Virus record (IMG/VR): IMGVR_UViG_3300037467_000875
Location: 1 to 45,138 of that record
Strand: one strand, 5' to 3'
Source: a virus
Lineage: Duplodnaviria > Caudoviricetes
DNA length: 45,138 nucleotides
Below, piece after piece: positions 32,445 to 42,376 of this stretch. Each line of letters opens with the position of its first letter. The stretch's first letter is position 1. The notes under the pieces are model-generated. The model had not been told where the DNA came from. It saw nothing but the letters and a program-made list of their open reading frames with translations, and made no database searches. Both the position numbers and the translations under genes were made by a program.

Positions 32445-32768
32445 TTACTTACCCTCCACCACAACGCGCACGCCGCAATCCTTGGCAAGCTTCTCAACCT
32501 TGTCAGCCTGCTCGGACGACAGCTCGACACCCAGCCGCGTAATGACCGGGACGTCCTCCACAACGAAATCACCGGACGGCCACACCGTACGGGCCTTCAC
32601 CTTGCCACTCTCGGCAGGGGCAGGCTCATCGGCAGTCGGAGAAGCCGGGGCAACGTCGTTAGTCTGAGCCGCATTCTCGTCAGCCGCAGCCGACACAGAA
32701 TCGGAGTCAGACGCTCCACGCGCCCAAGCCTCCGTCGCCTCGGGATCTGGACCCATAGCCATATCCAC
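32445..32768 (-). CDS. Hypothetical acidic protein
   Basis: In the structural operon between tail terminator and tail tube; start uncertain (GTG 32768 or ATG 32762). Confidence 0.65.
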   Translation of the reverse strand: MDMAMGPDPEATEAWARGASDSDSVSAAADENAAQTNDVAPASPTADEPAPAESGKVKARTVWPSGDFVVEDVPVITRLGVELSSEQADKVEKLAKDCGVRVVVEGK

Positions 32769-32780
32769 TCCAATTAACTA

Positions 32781-33230
32781 TTAATCAAAAGGCAGGTACA
32801 GGTTCGTACCCACGTGAAAAATGTACTGACACTGGAAAGTCCAGCGGCTCTGTGCGTCCGTAATTGGACTAGAAGTGGGAGCACCTGACATTCTGTAGAT
32901 GCTCTCAATGTGAACACCTTCAGCAATATCAAAGTTGGTCGGTGAAGCAAGGATCACCGAGTCAACTTCATAAGCAATGTCCTCAGCGTCGCTGAAATTA
33001 TCAGCTCCACCACGGCACTGGAAATTGTAGGCCGGATTGTCGAAAGCACCTTCCGTATCGAATCCCCGACCAGGCTGTGGAATAATTCCAATAGCCCGAT
33101 GCGGGAGGTTCGGAGGAAGGCGCCCAGGAGAGAGCAAAGCTCCACTAGCGAGCTGTGGCTCAATCCAATCAATAATGTGCTGAACCTTCAAACGGGGGAC
33201 AGCAACATCAAAGGTGCCCGGGATTGTCAT
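32781..33230 (-). CDS. Tail terminator-like protein
   Basis: G.GF..EG.FD.P...Q.RG...DAE..A..VD and D...RW.F.C.Y pattern; synteny. Confidence 0.7.
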   Translation of the reverse strand: MTIPGTFDVAVPRLKVQHIIDWIEPQLASGALLSPGRLPPNLPHRAIGIIPQPGRGFDTEGAFDNPAYNFQCRGGADNFSDAEDIAYEVDSVILASPTNFDIAEGVHIESIYRMSGAPTSSPITDAQSRWTFQCQYIFHVGTNLYLPFD

Positions 33231-33655
33231 ATGTGCGGCAACCCCTCTGGACGACGGCCATAAAGCGGAGGCCGGTCATAAACAACTGCCCCATCCCGAG
33301 TAACGAATGGGTGACCAGATCCGTCCAATTCGCCAATTTCCTTAGGTGCATTATCGAAAACAAACTGAGCAAATTTCTCAGCCGTATCGATCATAGCACG
33401 CTCTAACCCAAGGCCCTCGTCGTCAAGCACCTTGTTTGCAATTTCCTGCATGAGAGTCACCATGTTTTCCAACATTGGTGCCCTGAGGTATTCTGCCCGA
33501 CCCCCACGCGGGTGGTTGAAGGTCAGAGTTTCGTGCTGATTTTGAGCATAAGCCTGGTCAACCACGCAATGCGCAGTGATGTGACCGACACCGATGTTCG
33601 CCCTAAGGATATCAATGCGTTCCCGGAACGTGCCCACGCTACTCCCTAACGCCAC
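33227..33655 (-). CDS. Head-tail joining / neck protein
   Basis: DQAYA..QHE...HP.GG.A.YL..P and AP...G.L..S motifs; synteny. Confidence 0.65.
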   Translation of the reverse strand: MALGSSVGTFRERIDILRANIGVGHITAHCVVDQAYAQNQHETLTFNHPRGGRAEYLRAPMLENMVTLMQEIANKVLDDEGLGLERAMIDTAEKFAQFVFDNAPKEIGELDGSGHPFVTRDGAVVYDRPPLYGRRPEGLPHI

Positions 33656-34146
33656 TGGAATTCGGGAGGAATGGTCCCTTCCGGAGCATTGAAGATCGGT
33701 GCAGACGGGAAGAGGGGACCGTCATACTGATTGAATACGGTCCCGTCTCCACCCGTACCACTAGAGATTTCGTCTACCGGGACCTCAACAGTTCCCGTCG
33801 TGATTCCGGTCAGCAGGGCAAGCGCCCTATTGTACCGCTGAATTGACGAATCAAGAGTGGACTGAAATTCACGTCCGGTGCGGTAGGTCAGCGTACACAA
33901 GTACACTGCGATATCTACTGACAGATTGTGCAGAAGGGCAGGCACCTCCGTATCGGAAAGTGCCTGCCCGTCCACCGTAATAGGCAATACATACCGCTTA
34001 CGCAGAGCTGCATTAATCTGCTCGTCTGCGTTTGAAATGGCAAACTCAATCTGGTCTTCATCGAGAGCGTTCGGGGTCAGCGACTCAGCATCGCCACGTG
34101 CCCCAGTCAATACTGCCCGAACGTCCTCAACCTTTGAGTAAGCCAT
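33646..34146 (-). CDS. Head-tail adaptor (Mu gp36 / DUF1320-like)
   Basis: MAYS..EDV, A...I...L..RY.LP, P.LL....DIA.Y and RY..A..LL..I..G motifs. Confidence 0.82.
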   Translation of the reverse strand: MAYSKVEDVRAVLTGARGDAESLTPNALDEDQIEFAISNADEQINAALRKRYVLPITVDGQALSDTEVPALLHNLSVDIAVYLCTLTYRTGREFQSTLDSSIQRYNRALALLTGITTGTVEVPVDEISSGTGGDGTVFNQYDGPLFPSAPIFNAPEGTIPPEFQWR

Positions 34147-34171
34147 CTCGTATCTCCTACCCGCTCAGTAA

Positions 34172-34462
34172 TTACTTAGACGCTGCACTGGCGGACGGCT
34201 TGTCCCCCGACGGAGTACGCGGCGCGGACTCACGGGCCGACTGTGGGGCACTCTCATCCCCCTTCAGCGGGTCCAGATCCGAACCGACCTCCGCCAGGTG
34301 CGGACGAGCACCGGCAGTGAGGTACTGAATCTCATCATCGAGGAGATTCGGGATGACGTCACCCTTGCGGTAGCGGGTCATCTTCACCCGACCGGTAGGG
34401 CTGTCCAGCGAATCGGGGTCAATTCGAACCCACGAATCCGCGAGAAGACGGTACTCAGCCAT
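34172..34462 (-). CDS. Hypothetical protein after the capsid gene
   Basis: GGAGGG RBS; RYRKGDVI motif. Confidence 0.7.
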   Translation of the reverse strand: MAEYRLLADSWVRIDPDSLDSPTGRVKMTRYRKGDVIPNLLDDEIQYLTAGARPHLAEVGSDLDPLKGDESAPQSARESAPRTPSGDKPSASAASK

Positions 34463-34481
34463 TATGTTCCCTCCCTACCAA

Positions 34482-35453
34482 TCAGATAGAGTACGAAGCC
34501 GGGTCAACCGACGTACCCTGAACACCATTCAGAAGAATGATGGACTTCGGGTTGTCAATCGCGACCAGCGAACGACGGGTGATATTCGAACGGTACGACT
34601 GGTTGTCCTCGTTGTACCGCAGCGGGGTAACGTCGAGAGGCCACTCGTCCGAGATAAAGCCCATCGTGTTCCGCTGGCAGATAATGACCCAGTTCGGGTC
34701 AAGCCGCCACGTGGTCATGACGTCCAGGGTCATGAACTTGCGAGGCATAACGCCGGTGTACCGGAGCTGCTGGTTCGCCAGCGGAGAGCTAGCGAAAACC
34801 CGGTTAACCTCATCCGAATCGATAAGGCCAGCCGCCGTCGACGGGTGCATAATCAGGGTGTCCGGCTGGTAGTTAAGCCGGTCCATGTTCTGAGCGCCGG
34901 TAGGCTGCTGCGACTGGATCGTGTAGATCGCGTTCGCAATGTCCTTACGGATACCGGACGTGGTGCCGGTCCCGAGCCAACCGCCGGACGCCAGGTTCGA
35001 CGCAACCGCAGTCAGAATGTTCGGGTTCTGCGTGACCGCATTGATGAACACCTTGTCCCAGGTGATCGTGAATGCATCACGGACCATCTTCAGCTCATCG
35101 GCAACACGGCCGACGTCGTTCCGGGTCTCCATCTCCTTGGAGATCTTGAAACCCAGACCGCGCTTCGTGGTCGCCGCCGTGACCGGAAGCGTCATTGGCG
35201 CCTCAGTCATCGGGATCTCGCCGAACTCAGCGACGATCTCAGCGCCATTCGCCGCGTACATAGCGATCTGCTGCTCGTAAGCAACAGCACCACCAACGGC
35301 AGTCGGGCCCTTACGCAGGACCCAATCCGCGAGCACCGAGTCGTGAATCAGCTGACGAACGAGGTTCGGAACCCGGGTTGGGCTCTTGACCAGCTGAGAA
35401 ACAGTCCACTTTGGGCCGTCGTAGGACGTACCCACCCGCACAGGGGAAGTCAT
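34482..35453 (-). CDS. Major capsid protein
   Basis: 323 aa, strongly biased codons; VAEFGEIP, K.GL...IS.EM and PDTL.MHP motifs; downstream of scaffold and decoration genes. Confidence 0.88.
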   Translation of the reverse strand: MTSPVRVGTSYDGPKWTVSQLVKSPTRVPNLVRQLIHDSVLADWVLRKGPTAVGGAVAYEQQIAMYAANGAEIVAEFGEIPMTEAPMTLPVTAATTKRGLGFKISKEMETRNDVGRVADELKMVRDAFTITWDKVFINAVTQNPNILTAVASNLASGGWLGTGTTSGIRKDIANAIYTIQSQQPTGAQNMDRLNYQPDTLIMHPSTAAGLIDSDEVNRVFASSPLANQQLRYTGVMPRKFMTLDVMTTWRLDPNWVIICQRNTMGFISDEWPLDVTPLRYNEDNQSYRSNITRRSLVAIDNPKSIILLNGVQGTSVDPASYSI

Positions 35454-35461
35454 TACCTACC

Positions 35462-35695
35462 TCAATTCTCAATAAACTTAACGGTGTAAGACTTAGCGCC
35501 GCTAAGCTTACCGGGAAGAATCTGCGAGCCAGAAGAAATATTGATAGTGACGTGTTCCGTGCCATTCGAGTCGCCCATTCCGGTAGCCAAATACTGACTA
35601 CTGGTAGGCTCATCGCCACCATCAAAAGTCTGAATGGTGTTCTGATTGTGGACGGTATAACCATCCACCTGAAGGGCAACGTCACCGGATGCCAT
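35462..35695 (-). CDS. Small hypothetical (possible virion) protein
   Basis: 77 aa, packed tightly between the decoration and capsid genes. Confidence 0.6.
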   Translation of the reverse strand: MASGDVALQVDGYTVHNQNTIQTFDGGDEPTSSQYLATGMGDSNGTEHVTINISSGSQILPGKLSGAKSYTVKFIEN

Positions 35696-35697
35696 TA

Positions 35698-36153
35698 TCA
35701 GGCACCCACACCCATAAGCAGGATCTTGCCACGCGCACCATCAGCGATACCCGCAGGGTCGACACACCGACCGACGATCTGGAGTGGGTTAGGGGTAGCG
35801 CCACCCGAGGCAACCGTTCCGGCGGTCGAACCGACGATGACATAGTCACCGAAGGCAATCGCACCCTTTGCGGTCAGACGCCACACACCGTGAACCGCAA
35901 CGGCAACCTCATTGGGAGGAAGCTGCGCCATGTACGTCGGGTTACCCCACGCGTCAGTGCCGCTCTGAGACGGAGTGGGAAGCCCAGCCGCGTCACCGAT
36001 TGCCACACCGAGGCAGTGAATCGTCGCCGACGCAGCAGGCTTAATGAAACCCGGGTTCGCGGAATCAGGCTCGACAAGCTGGCCACCATTGATGTTCACG
36101 TTAGCCGAGAACGTCAGTGGGCCAAACTCAAGAACTGGCTTGATACCAGCCAT
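35698..36153 (-). CDS. Capsid decoration/cement protein
   Basis: GGQLV, LGVA..DA, GAIAFGD.V and VGRC motifs; upstream of the capsid gene. Confidence 0.75.
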   Translation of the reverse strand: MAGIKPVLEFGPLTFSANVNINGGQLVEPDSANPGFIKPAASATIHCLGVAIGDAAGLPTPSQSGTDAWGNPTYMAQLPPNEVAVAVHGVWRLTAKGAIAFGDYVIVGSTAGTVASGGATPNPLQIVGRCVDPAGIADGARGKILLMGVGA

Positions 36154-36192
36154 TTTTGACCTCTCTTACTATTTAGCTATTAAATTGCAAAC

Positions 36193-37314
36193 TTAGGAAG
36201 GCATCTGGATCTGAGCGTGACCACCCAGGCCGAGGAAATCGACCCAGCCGTCAAGATCCTCCTTCTCCTCAGCCCCAAGCGAACCCACCTGGTGACCGAC
36301 CTCCGCAGACAGATCCACGGTGCCCTTCATCGAATCGAGAAGGCCGAGCATCCGCTCCTTGTCCGTGGTCTTACCACCGGAGGAAAGCTCAATAGCGTTG
36401 TCCTCAGGCTGAAGCATGACAGGCTCAGCCATCGCAATCGCAGCCGGGGGAACACCCTGCGAAAGAAGAACCTCCTTCTTCGCCTCCCACTTCTCCCGAG
36501 CGAGGTCGCGACGCATATTCTCAATCGCGGTCCGCGCCTCAGTGTCAACGGGGGCAACCGGAGGGGTCACAGCGGTCTCCTTAGGCTCACCGAGCGAAAG
36601 GACAACCGGGTCCTTAGCAAGGTCCTCAATCAGCTTGCGCTCCTCCATGTAGGAGTTCAGCGCGTCAAGCTGCTCCTGCGAAAGCTCAGGCATCTTCGTC
36701 TCTCCAACTGGCCTGTCGTTAACGAAATCAAAGCCGGGGTCGATGACCTCATCCTTTTCGAGATCAAAGACACCGGCCGAAAGGTTAATAACTTCATCCT
36801 CGGTGTTAGCACCGTTGGAAAGCTCTACCTTTTCCCACGGGTCCATACCGTTGATGCGCGGAACCAACGTTCCACACACATGCTGAATTGCGCCCTCGAA
36901 GGACTTGCCATCAGCACGCTTAATGCCCAGCTCGATACGTGGAGAAACCCCAAAACGAGGGTACTTCTCAACATACTCAGCCGACGCCGGGTCCTTGGAG
37001 AAATCAAAATATCCAAAGACACCCTTGCCGGGGACGTGCTCCATGTGCGCAAGCGTTCCGCCCCTACGCATAGGGTCGTTGTTGTGCTCGCTTTCGGAGC
37101 CACCGAACTGGAATGGCACCTCATCGAAGGCGCCTTCCTTGAAGGAGTTCACGTAGGTCTGAAGCTTCTGTGGACCGAGGTCCAGCTCAGTACCCTTGTA
37201 ATCGAACTTGCCCTCGGGAAGGATCTGCTTCCGGTAAAACGTCCGGCCAGTCGCCTTATCAGTGACCTTACGGGTTTCCGTACCGGCCAGAACCGGTCCG
37301 AGAATAACAGTCAT
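36193..37314 (-). CDS. Prohead protease/scaffold protein (Mu gpI-like)
   Basis: KQILP.G, H..DP...G, GVSPRI and HV..T..P.I.GM.PW motifs; acidic helical C-terminal scaffold. Confidence 0.8.
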   Translation of the reverse strand: MTVILGPVLAGTETRKVTDKATGRTFYRKQILPEGKFDYKGTELDLGPQKLQTYVNSFKEGAFDEVPFQFGGSESEHNNDPMRRGGTLAHMEHVPGKGVFGYFDFSKDPASAEYVEKYPRFGVSPRIELGIKRADGKSFEGAIQHVCGTLVPRINGMDPWEKVELSNGANTEDEVINLSAGVFDLEKDEVIDPGFDFVNDRPVGETKMPELSQEQLDALNSYMEERKLIEDLAKDPVVLSLGEPKETAVTPPVAPVDTEARTAIENMRRDLAREKWEAKKEVLLSQGVPPAAIAMAEPVMLQPEDNAIELSSGGKTTDKERMLGLLDSMKGTVDLSAEVGHQVGSLGAEEKEDLDGWVDFLGLGGHAQIQMPS

Positions 37315-37350
37315 AATTGCTCCAAAGCACTATGCCTACCAGACTACACG

Positions 37351-37842
37351 TTACTTGCCGGGCACCTTCGGTGCAGGCTTCTTCATGTCACCTGGAGTGG
37401 GCTTCTTAACAGAATTCGACTTCGTGCCAAGGGAAGCGTGCTTCATGCTCCCATGACCCTTCAACAGCTTCTGCATGTGACCGTGCGCTTCCACAGCCGC
37501 CTTCTGCTGTGCCTCACTCACAGCCGCATGTCCCTGTGCGTGCAGAGCCGTGATACCGGCCGCAACTCGGGTGGCGTGAGTGTGGGTCAGACCGTGATTC
37601 GCCTTCAGGTGATCGGCGATGTTGTTCACGTAGTCCGGAAGCTTGTTACGCGAGGTGTCCTCAGTAGCCTCATCGGCTCCGTTGTCCCGCATGTCTTCCG
37701 GGTCACCGTCACCGTGCTGAGTGTGCTTAGGGGTAGTAACCATTTTCCCGTGTCCATCCCCACCGTGACGAACCGTGACCCACGAAGAGCCATTCTTATT
37801 CGGCTTGCCAGGGTGCGCTACGTTACCGCTATGGTGAACCAT
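37351..37842 (-). CDS. His-rich hypothetical protein
   Basis: Coupled to its neighbours; contains an LP.Y...IA.HL...G motif. Confidence 0.7.
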   Translation of the reverse strand: MVHHSGNVAHPGKPNKNGSSWVTVRHGGDGHGKMVTTPKHTQHGDGDPEDMRDNGADEATEDTSRNKLPDYVNNIADHLKANHGLTHTHATRVAAGITALHAQGHAAVSEAQQKAAVEAHGHMQKLLKGHGSMKHASLGTKSNSVKKPTPGDMKKPAPKVPGK

Positions 37843-38145
37843 TTAGTGCTTACCCTTATTGTGTTTGGCTTTGAGAGCTTCCCATTCCTTAACTGCAAGC
37901 TGTGCAGCTGCCACAGTATCAGGATGGACCTTCTTTTCGCCGCCAGAGGGGTGACCGTGGGCCCAATTCTTTACAATCCCCACAGCCATTCTCGAAGCTG
38001 TACTCTCATCGAGACCCTGGCTTGCCATTAAATGATTACGAACATGCTGCATATATGCAGGCATCTGTTCGCCGGGAGTTTTCCATAGACCCTCATGTCC
38101 AATTGGCTCATGGGTCATGGCTTTCTTCATGGAGTCAACTGCCAT
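37843..38145 (-). CDS. Hypothetical protein
   Basis: GAGGAGG RBS; MP.Y..HV..HL...G motif shared with 37351-37842. Confidence 0.75.
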   Translation of the reverse strand: MAVDSMKKAMTHEPIGHEGLWKTPGEQMPAYMQHVRNHLMASQGLDESTASRMAVGIVKNWAHGHPSGGEKKVHPDTVAAAQLAVKEWEALKAKHNKGKH

Positions 38146-38195
38146 GTTTCCTCCTCTCCCACCACTCTTTAATTATCAGATCTAGTGTGAAATTA

Positions 38196-38915
38196 TTACG
38201 AATCCAGAGTATGGGATGCACTCTGGCCGCCTGCTGGCACAGAGGACCAAGTCTGTCGAACACTATGTGGGTGAACTGCTTCACCCTGGTCTCGAAGCAG
38301 ATCCCTAAGATCGTCATAGCGAATGTAACAACGACCACGAATACCCCAGTCATTGCCCCAGCTATTCGTCAGGACGATTATGTCTCCGAAATCCGGATGG
38401 CCCGGCCAGAAGCCATTGGCCAGAATGCAATGCCCACCGGCGACTGATCCTCCAACGGAGAGGAGACCTCTGTCGTCGGGTTCCTCCATGGAGTCATACC
38501 AATTGATACCGAGGATGACGGGACCGCGACGAACAAGGGTGTCGCAGACGTCGTCAATACCGAAACACCATGCGTAGCTGTCAAAGTAGCTCAACTCCTG
38601 ACATGCCTTCATGGCCGCGAGGACGGTGGCTCCTTCTCCTCCGAAGTCGCGACCTTCAAGCTTGTCAATCTGGACTGCACCCTTGAAAATCTTTTCGGCC
38701 ATGTCCGCGTCGGTCGACCACTTCTGCGGGGCAGCCGAAAGAAAACCGGCCGAGGCAAATCCGGTGCACGCACCTTCCTGTCCCTGGTCAAGTGCATCCG
38801 GACGCGTAGCCCAAATACGCTTATAACGAGGGGTAGGTCCAATAAGCTTCCGGATTCCATAGCTCCGACTCTCAGGGTCAAAGTGTGGAATCCGATTGAA
38901 TCTACGATTTAGCAT
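38196..38915 (-). CDS. Papain-like (C1-type) cysteine peptidase
   Basis: LDQG.EGACTGF (Gln, Cys), GGHCI (His), NSWG..WG..G (Asn); start taken at MLNRRF. Confidence 0.88.
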   Translation of the reverse strand: MLNRRFNRIPHFDPESRSYGIRKLIGPTPRYKRIWATRPDALDQGQEGACTGFASAGFLSAAPQKWSTDADMAEKIFKGAVQIDKLEGRDFGGEGATVLAAMKACQELSYFDSYAWCFGIDDVCDTLVRRGPVILGINWYDSMEEPDDRGLLSVGGSVAGGHCILANGFWPGHPDFGDIIVLTNSWGNDWGIRGRCYIRYDDLRDLLRDQGEAVHPHSVRQTWSSVPAGGQSASHTLDS

Positions 38916-39099
38916 CTTCTTCTTGCTTCTTTTCCGTTCGTGCACCCTGATACGCAGCCATTGACGCATAGATGTTTGCGAACAGGGAGCAGATAATCAC
39001 AAAGAGGACTGAGTTAGCCCAAAAGATAATCGCAATAGGAGACAGCAGTGTCCACACCACTAGGCAAGTGAGGTGAAGACGCCGAATCCACGTCTCCAC
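38902..39099 (-). CDS. Small membrane protein
   Basis: Two TM helices, W.NSV.FV...SL.AN motif; directly after the portal gene. Confidence 0.7.
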   Translation of the reverse strand: METWIRRLHLTCLVVWTLLSPIAIIFWANSVLFVIICSLFANIYASMAAYQGARTEKKQEEDAKS

Positions 39100-39100
39100 G

Positions 39101-40813
39101 TCACTTACCGTAGTTCTTATTCGACTGGCGACCAGAGTTCGCTACGGACGTGGCACCGAAAGGCCGCGTCCCAGCCGTACTCGGACGCGTAGGTGCGCCG
39201 CTGGCAACGGTTCCGCGAGCGCCTACCGAGGTCGGGGAACCCTGCGGGCGGGGCGGGAGTCCATTCCCCTGCTGCTGGCCCCCAGTTGGCGCCTGCGGGG
39301 ACGAAGGCGACGGTGGCTTACCGGTGGGCCCCATTCCCGGAGTCGCAGCGTTAGCCTTCTTAGCATTCTCTAGCATCTGCTGCGAGTTCTGGACTGCGAT
39401 CTGAAGCTGCTGGAGTGAGGTGGATTGGGGAGAACCGTTGACCTCGATATCCTTAGCAACCTTACCAGGATCCAAATTGAGGATACCAGCAACACGTCCA
39501 ATAAGCTCGTTATAGAATTCAACCGGAACCGTCGCATTCTGTGCAGCCATGATCTGCTGAAATGCGGCAAGGGCTGCCTGATCGTTTTCCTGAGAAAGAG
39601 GACCGAACTTAAAGCGTGGAACGGGAGCCTTGACACCAAAGTTATAAGCAATAAGCGGGCCAATCACCTCGTTGGTAATCTGACGCGCCATGTCCAGAGC
39701 GACCATCACCCGGGAGCGGTTATACATTTGCTCCATAGTGGTAGCAAGTGCATAGGAACCGTGACCGGTCGCCTGTTCGGTCGTGAGCTGAAGGAAGCCC
39801 ATCAGACCGGCATTCAGCATTTCCATGTCACAGAAGTGAAGTGCGTCCTGGAAATACTGCGCACCCTTACCAGAAGATTCGTAAGGGTCTACTGTGGTTT
39901 CGGCTCCAAGAGCCAGCACCGATTTGCCACGAAGACTCGCCACCTTCCGAGCGTCATTCCGCGCCTGGATTTCATCCTGGTTCCGGACGATGGTCTTAGG
40001 CAGGGCCGTCTGGTCCAGGAACTGATACCAGAGCCAACGAATCTTGCGCTTGGTGAGGTAAATGTGGTAGGGGACCTTCATTTCCGAGACGCCGAGCAGT
40101 GGATCACGCCACGAACCGTGCACGTAAACGAAAGCTCGCTCGGATGGAACCTTTACCCACATCGAAGCCGGTGCATTAATGTCCGGACGCAGGTCGCCAT
40201 TCATCGTAGGGACCGAATTGGAATCGGTGTACGGGTAGATGAGTGGCATCTGACGGAAGCCGCGAGGTTCAGCGGTCCGTGCGTCCAATGCAATCTCGCA
40301 CGTCTCTGGAGGACGGAATGCGAGCTTGTGGTAAACGATCTTACCGTCGTCGTTTACCTTGAAAACCTTCTCAAAGTACGCCCGCTTGTTCACGAACGCC
40401 GAACACATCTGCTGAATCAGTTCCTCAACGGTAGTCATAGGACCACCCTGGTGAGGAAGTGCAGTCAGAGCATCGTAAATAAACTCAGCTTGTCCTGTAT
40501 CACCCTTCGCTGGCTCAATCGACCACGGAGCAGCCATGATTGGGTACGCCAGCATAAGCTCAATACTTTTGGCAGTGCCATCCGTATCAAGCATGTGGTG
40601 ATAATCAGCGAGTGAAGGCTCCGCTGGTGAGTAAACGTCACCATCAAGCCATCCACCGAAGTTGGAATCGTAGGGAAAACTACTTCCCAGCTCACCAACT
40701 GGCGGATTATCCGCGTCGTAAAGCTGCTCAGTGACCGGTGCAGGCTGTGCACCTGCTCCAACGGCATCATTACCGGTAAGGCCGGATGCCGTGTAGTTAT
40801 TATAGATCGCCAT
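39101..40813 (-). CDS. Portal protein (Mu gp29 / DUF935-like)
   Basis: W.IEP, FEKV, G.S...PY, GSYAL and LIAYNFG...P.F.F motifs; directly after the terminase; Pro/Gly-rich C-terminal tail. Confidence 0.88.
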   Translation of the reverse strand: MAIYNNYTASGLTGNDAVGAGAQPAPVTEQLYDADNPPVGELGSSFPYDSNFGGWLDGDVYSPAEPSLADYHHMLDTDGTAKSIELMLAYPIMAAPWSIEPAKGDTGQAEFIYDALTALPHQGGPMTTVEELIQQMCSAFVNKRAYFEKVFKVNDDGKIVYHKLAFRPPETCEIALDARTAEPRGFRQMPLIYPYTDSNSVPTMNGDLRPDINAPASMWVKVPSERAFVYVHGSWRDPLLGVSEMKVPYHIYLTKRKIRWLWYQFLDQTALPKTIVRNQDEIQARNDARKVASLRGKSVLALGAETTVDPYESSGKGAQYFQDALHFCDMEMLNAGLMGFLQLTTEQATGHGSYALATTMEQMYNRSRVMVALDMARQITNEVIGPLIAYNFGVKAPVPRFKFGPLSQENDQAALAAFQQIMAAQNATVPVEFYNELIGRVAGILNLDPGKVAKDIEVNGSPQSTSLQQLQIAVQNSQQMLENAKKANAATPGMGPTGKPPSPSSPQAPTGGQQQGNGLPPRPQGSPTSVGARGTVASGAPTRPSTAGTRPFGATSVANSGRQSNKNYGK

Positions 40814-40822
40814 ACTTACGAC

Positions 40823-42376
40823 CTAACTGATTTCGAAATCGGCAAAGCTAAATGGGTCTTCTACAAGCTCCGCCCAGTCTATAGCAAGTTCCCCGGAACC
40901 ATCATCACGAGCCTTCGTATCCCATTCGAAAGCTGCGGTGTCAGTGTCAAGCAATACACCGCCTGCTGAGGCCCACATTGCGAGGGCTACAGCGTCTCCC
41001 TTGTCGGGGGATCGTCCGATTCGCTTGCGGAGGTCGTCCTTAGATTCGATAACAACCTTTCCACCGGGCACTGTCTTCCAGCGTGGGGCCGACAAATCCA
41101 CGGTGAGCTGGTCGTCAGGAGGAAGACACAAGGTTGGGTTTCGTGCAGGATCCAAACGCTCTCGCAAGCGCCACATGAGAGCTGCACGGAGGTTGTAGAA
41201 TTCAATCTGGCCTGTTGCGTCGACCAAGGAGGTTCGGTTACCAACGTTGACACCCATTGTATAATGCTGTGTCTTCTTCAAGGCGTCATAGGTACCCGCA
41301 CCGACACCGTTGGTATCGACCACAGCCATATCACCAACACCAGCGCGCAATTTACGAGCAAGCATTTGCGCTGTGCCTATCGTATCACGCTTAGGCATGG
41401 TCTCTACCTTCGTGATTACGTCTCCGTATCGGTAGGCAAAGGCGGTTTTGTCGCTACCGAATCGTGCAATGTCTGCACCGATGATTTGACGAGCCTCAGG
41501 GTCCGGCTTTCCACCGGTGGCCTCTTCCCATTCCAACCAACGCTGCTGTGCGTCCTCAATCCAACCGACTGGAATTACAGAGAACTCATCAAGTTCGGGG
41601 AACTCACCCTCGACCTTGGCTTTCCATAGGGGAGACCCTTCACCGAGTTCGACCTTGCTTTCTTCGACCCAGTTGGGTCCAGTGAGGTCTTCGATAACTT
41701 CCGGCGGAAGATACTCCCCGGTAAACCGAGGATTGTCGAGGACGGAAATCTTAATCGTATTCCATCCGGAGCCAGGGCGGCAGACCTTACGAAAGTATGA
41801 CGAAGGATCAGTCGGGTTTCCGATGGCGAGGATACGACAGTTATCACCAGTAGTAATCGCTGAGGCAGCGAGGAAAAGCCACTCGGGGATACCGCACGCC
41901 TCGTCCAGAATGACCAGAACGTATTTACGGTGCAGTCCCTGGAAAGCATCGCGGTCGTGATCCTGAGGCTTGCGCCCGAACCCGACCAGACGACGCCCGA
42001 TAATCCAGTTGTCGGAGATCTGAACTTCACCCGGGAGTTTGGCTCGCCCATGGATCTTCCGAATCTCCTCCCAAAGGATCGCGTGTACCTGTTTCACCGA
42101 GGGGGCAGTCGAAACAACGAGAGTATCTTCCGGCGGGTGCGTATCGACCCACCATGACGCAGCGACACTTGCCGTTAGTGACTTCCCGATACCGTGCCCA
42201 CTTTGCACGGCAGTCTTCTTGTTCGCTTGGATCGAGTGAATAATCTCCTGCTGCTTCGACCACAGGTGGATACCAGCCTTCCTTTTGGCCCAATCCACAG
42301 GGTCAAGCGGATTGACTTGCTGTTCAAGTTGCTCAACGGCAAAAGCGAGGGGATCAAACGCATCTTTACGAGGCAC
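40823..42376 (-). CDS. terL: Terminase large subunit
   Basis: SGHGIGKS Walker A, ILDEA Walker B, IGNP, nuclease GADIARFGSD and SPDKGDA. Confidence 0.95.
   Translation of the reverse strand: MPRKDAFDPLAFAVEQLEQQVNPLDPVDWAKRKAGIHLWSKQQEIIHSIQANKKTAVQSGHGIGKSLTASVAASWWVDTHPPEDTLVVSTAPSVKQVHAILWEEIRKIHGRAKLPGEVQISDNWIIGRRLVGFGRKPQDHDRDAFQGLHRKYVLVILDEACGIPEWLFLAASAITTGDNCRILAIGNPTDPSSYFRKVCRPGSGWNTIKISVLDNPRFTGEYLPPEVIEDLTGPNWVEESKVELGEGSPLWKAKVEGEFPELDEFSVIPVGWIEDAQQRWLEWEEATGGKPDPEARQIIGADIARFGSDKTAFAYRYGDVITKVETMPKRDTIGTAQMLARKLRAGVGDMAVVDTNGVGAGTYDALKKTQHYTMGVNVGNRTSLVDATGQIEFYNLRAALMWRLRERLDPARNPTLCLPPDDQLTVDLSAPRWKTVPGGKVVIESKDDLRKRIGRSPDKGDAVALAMWASAGGVLLDTDTAAFEWDTKARDDGSGELAIDWAELVEDPFSFADFEIS

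Noticed and set aside
36217-38031. 604-aa plus-strand ORF, and similar long antisense ORFs at 22737-23822, 27799-29013, 34464-35489 and 39425-40615
   Set aside because: They are antisense shadows of codon-biased structural genes, with no RBS or recognisable motifs
38135-38353. 72-aa minus-strand ORF overlapping the peptidase 3' end
   Set aside because: Mostly overlaps the peptidase catalytic region in another frame and has no RBS
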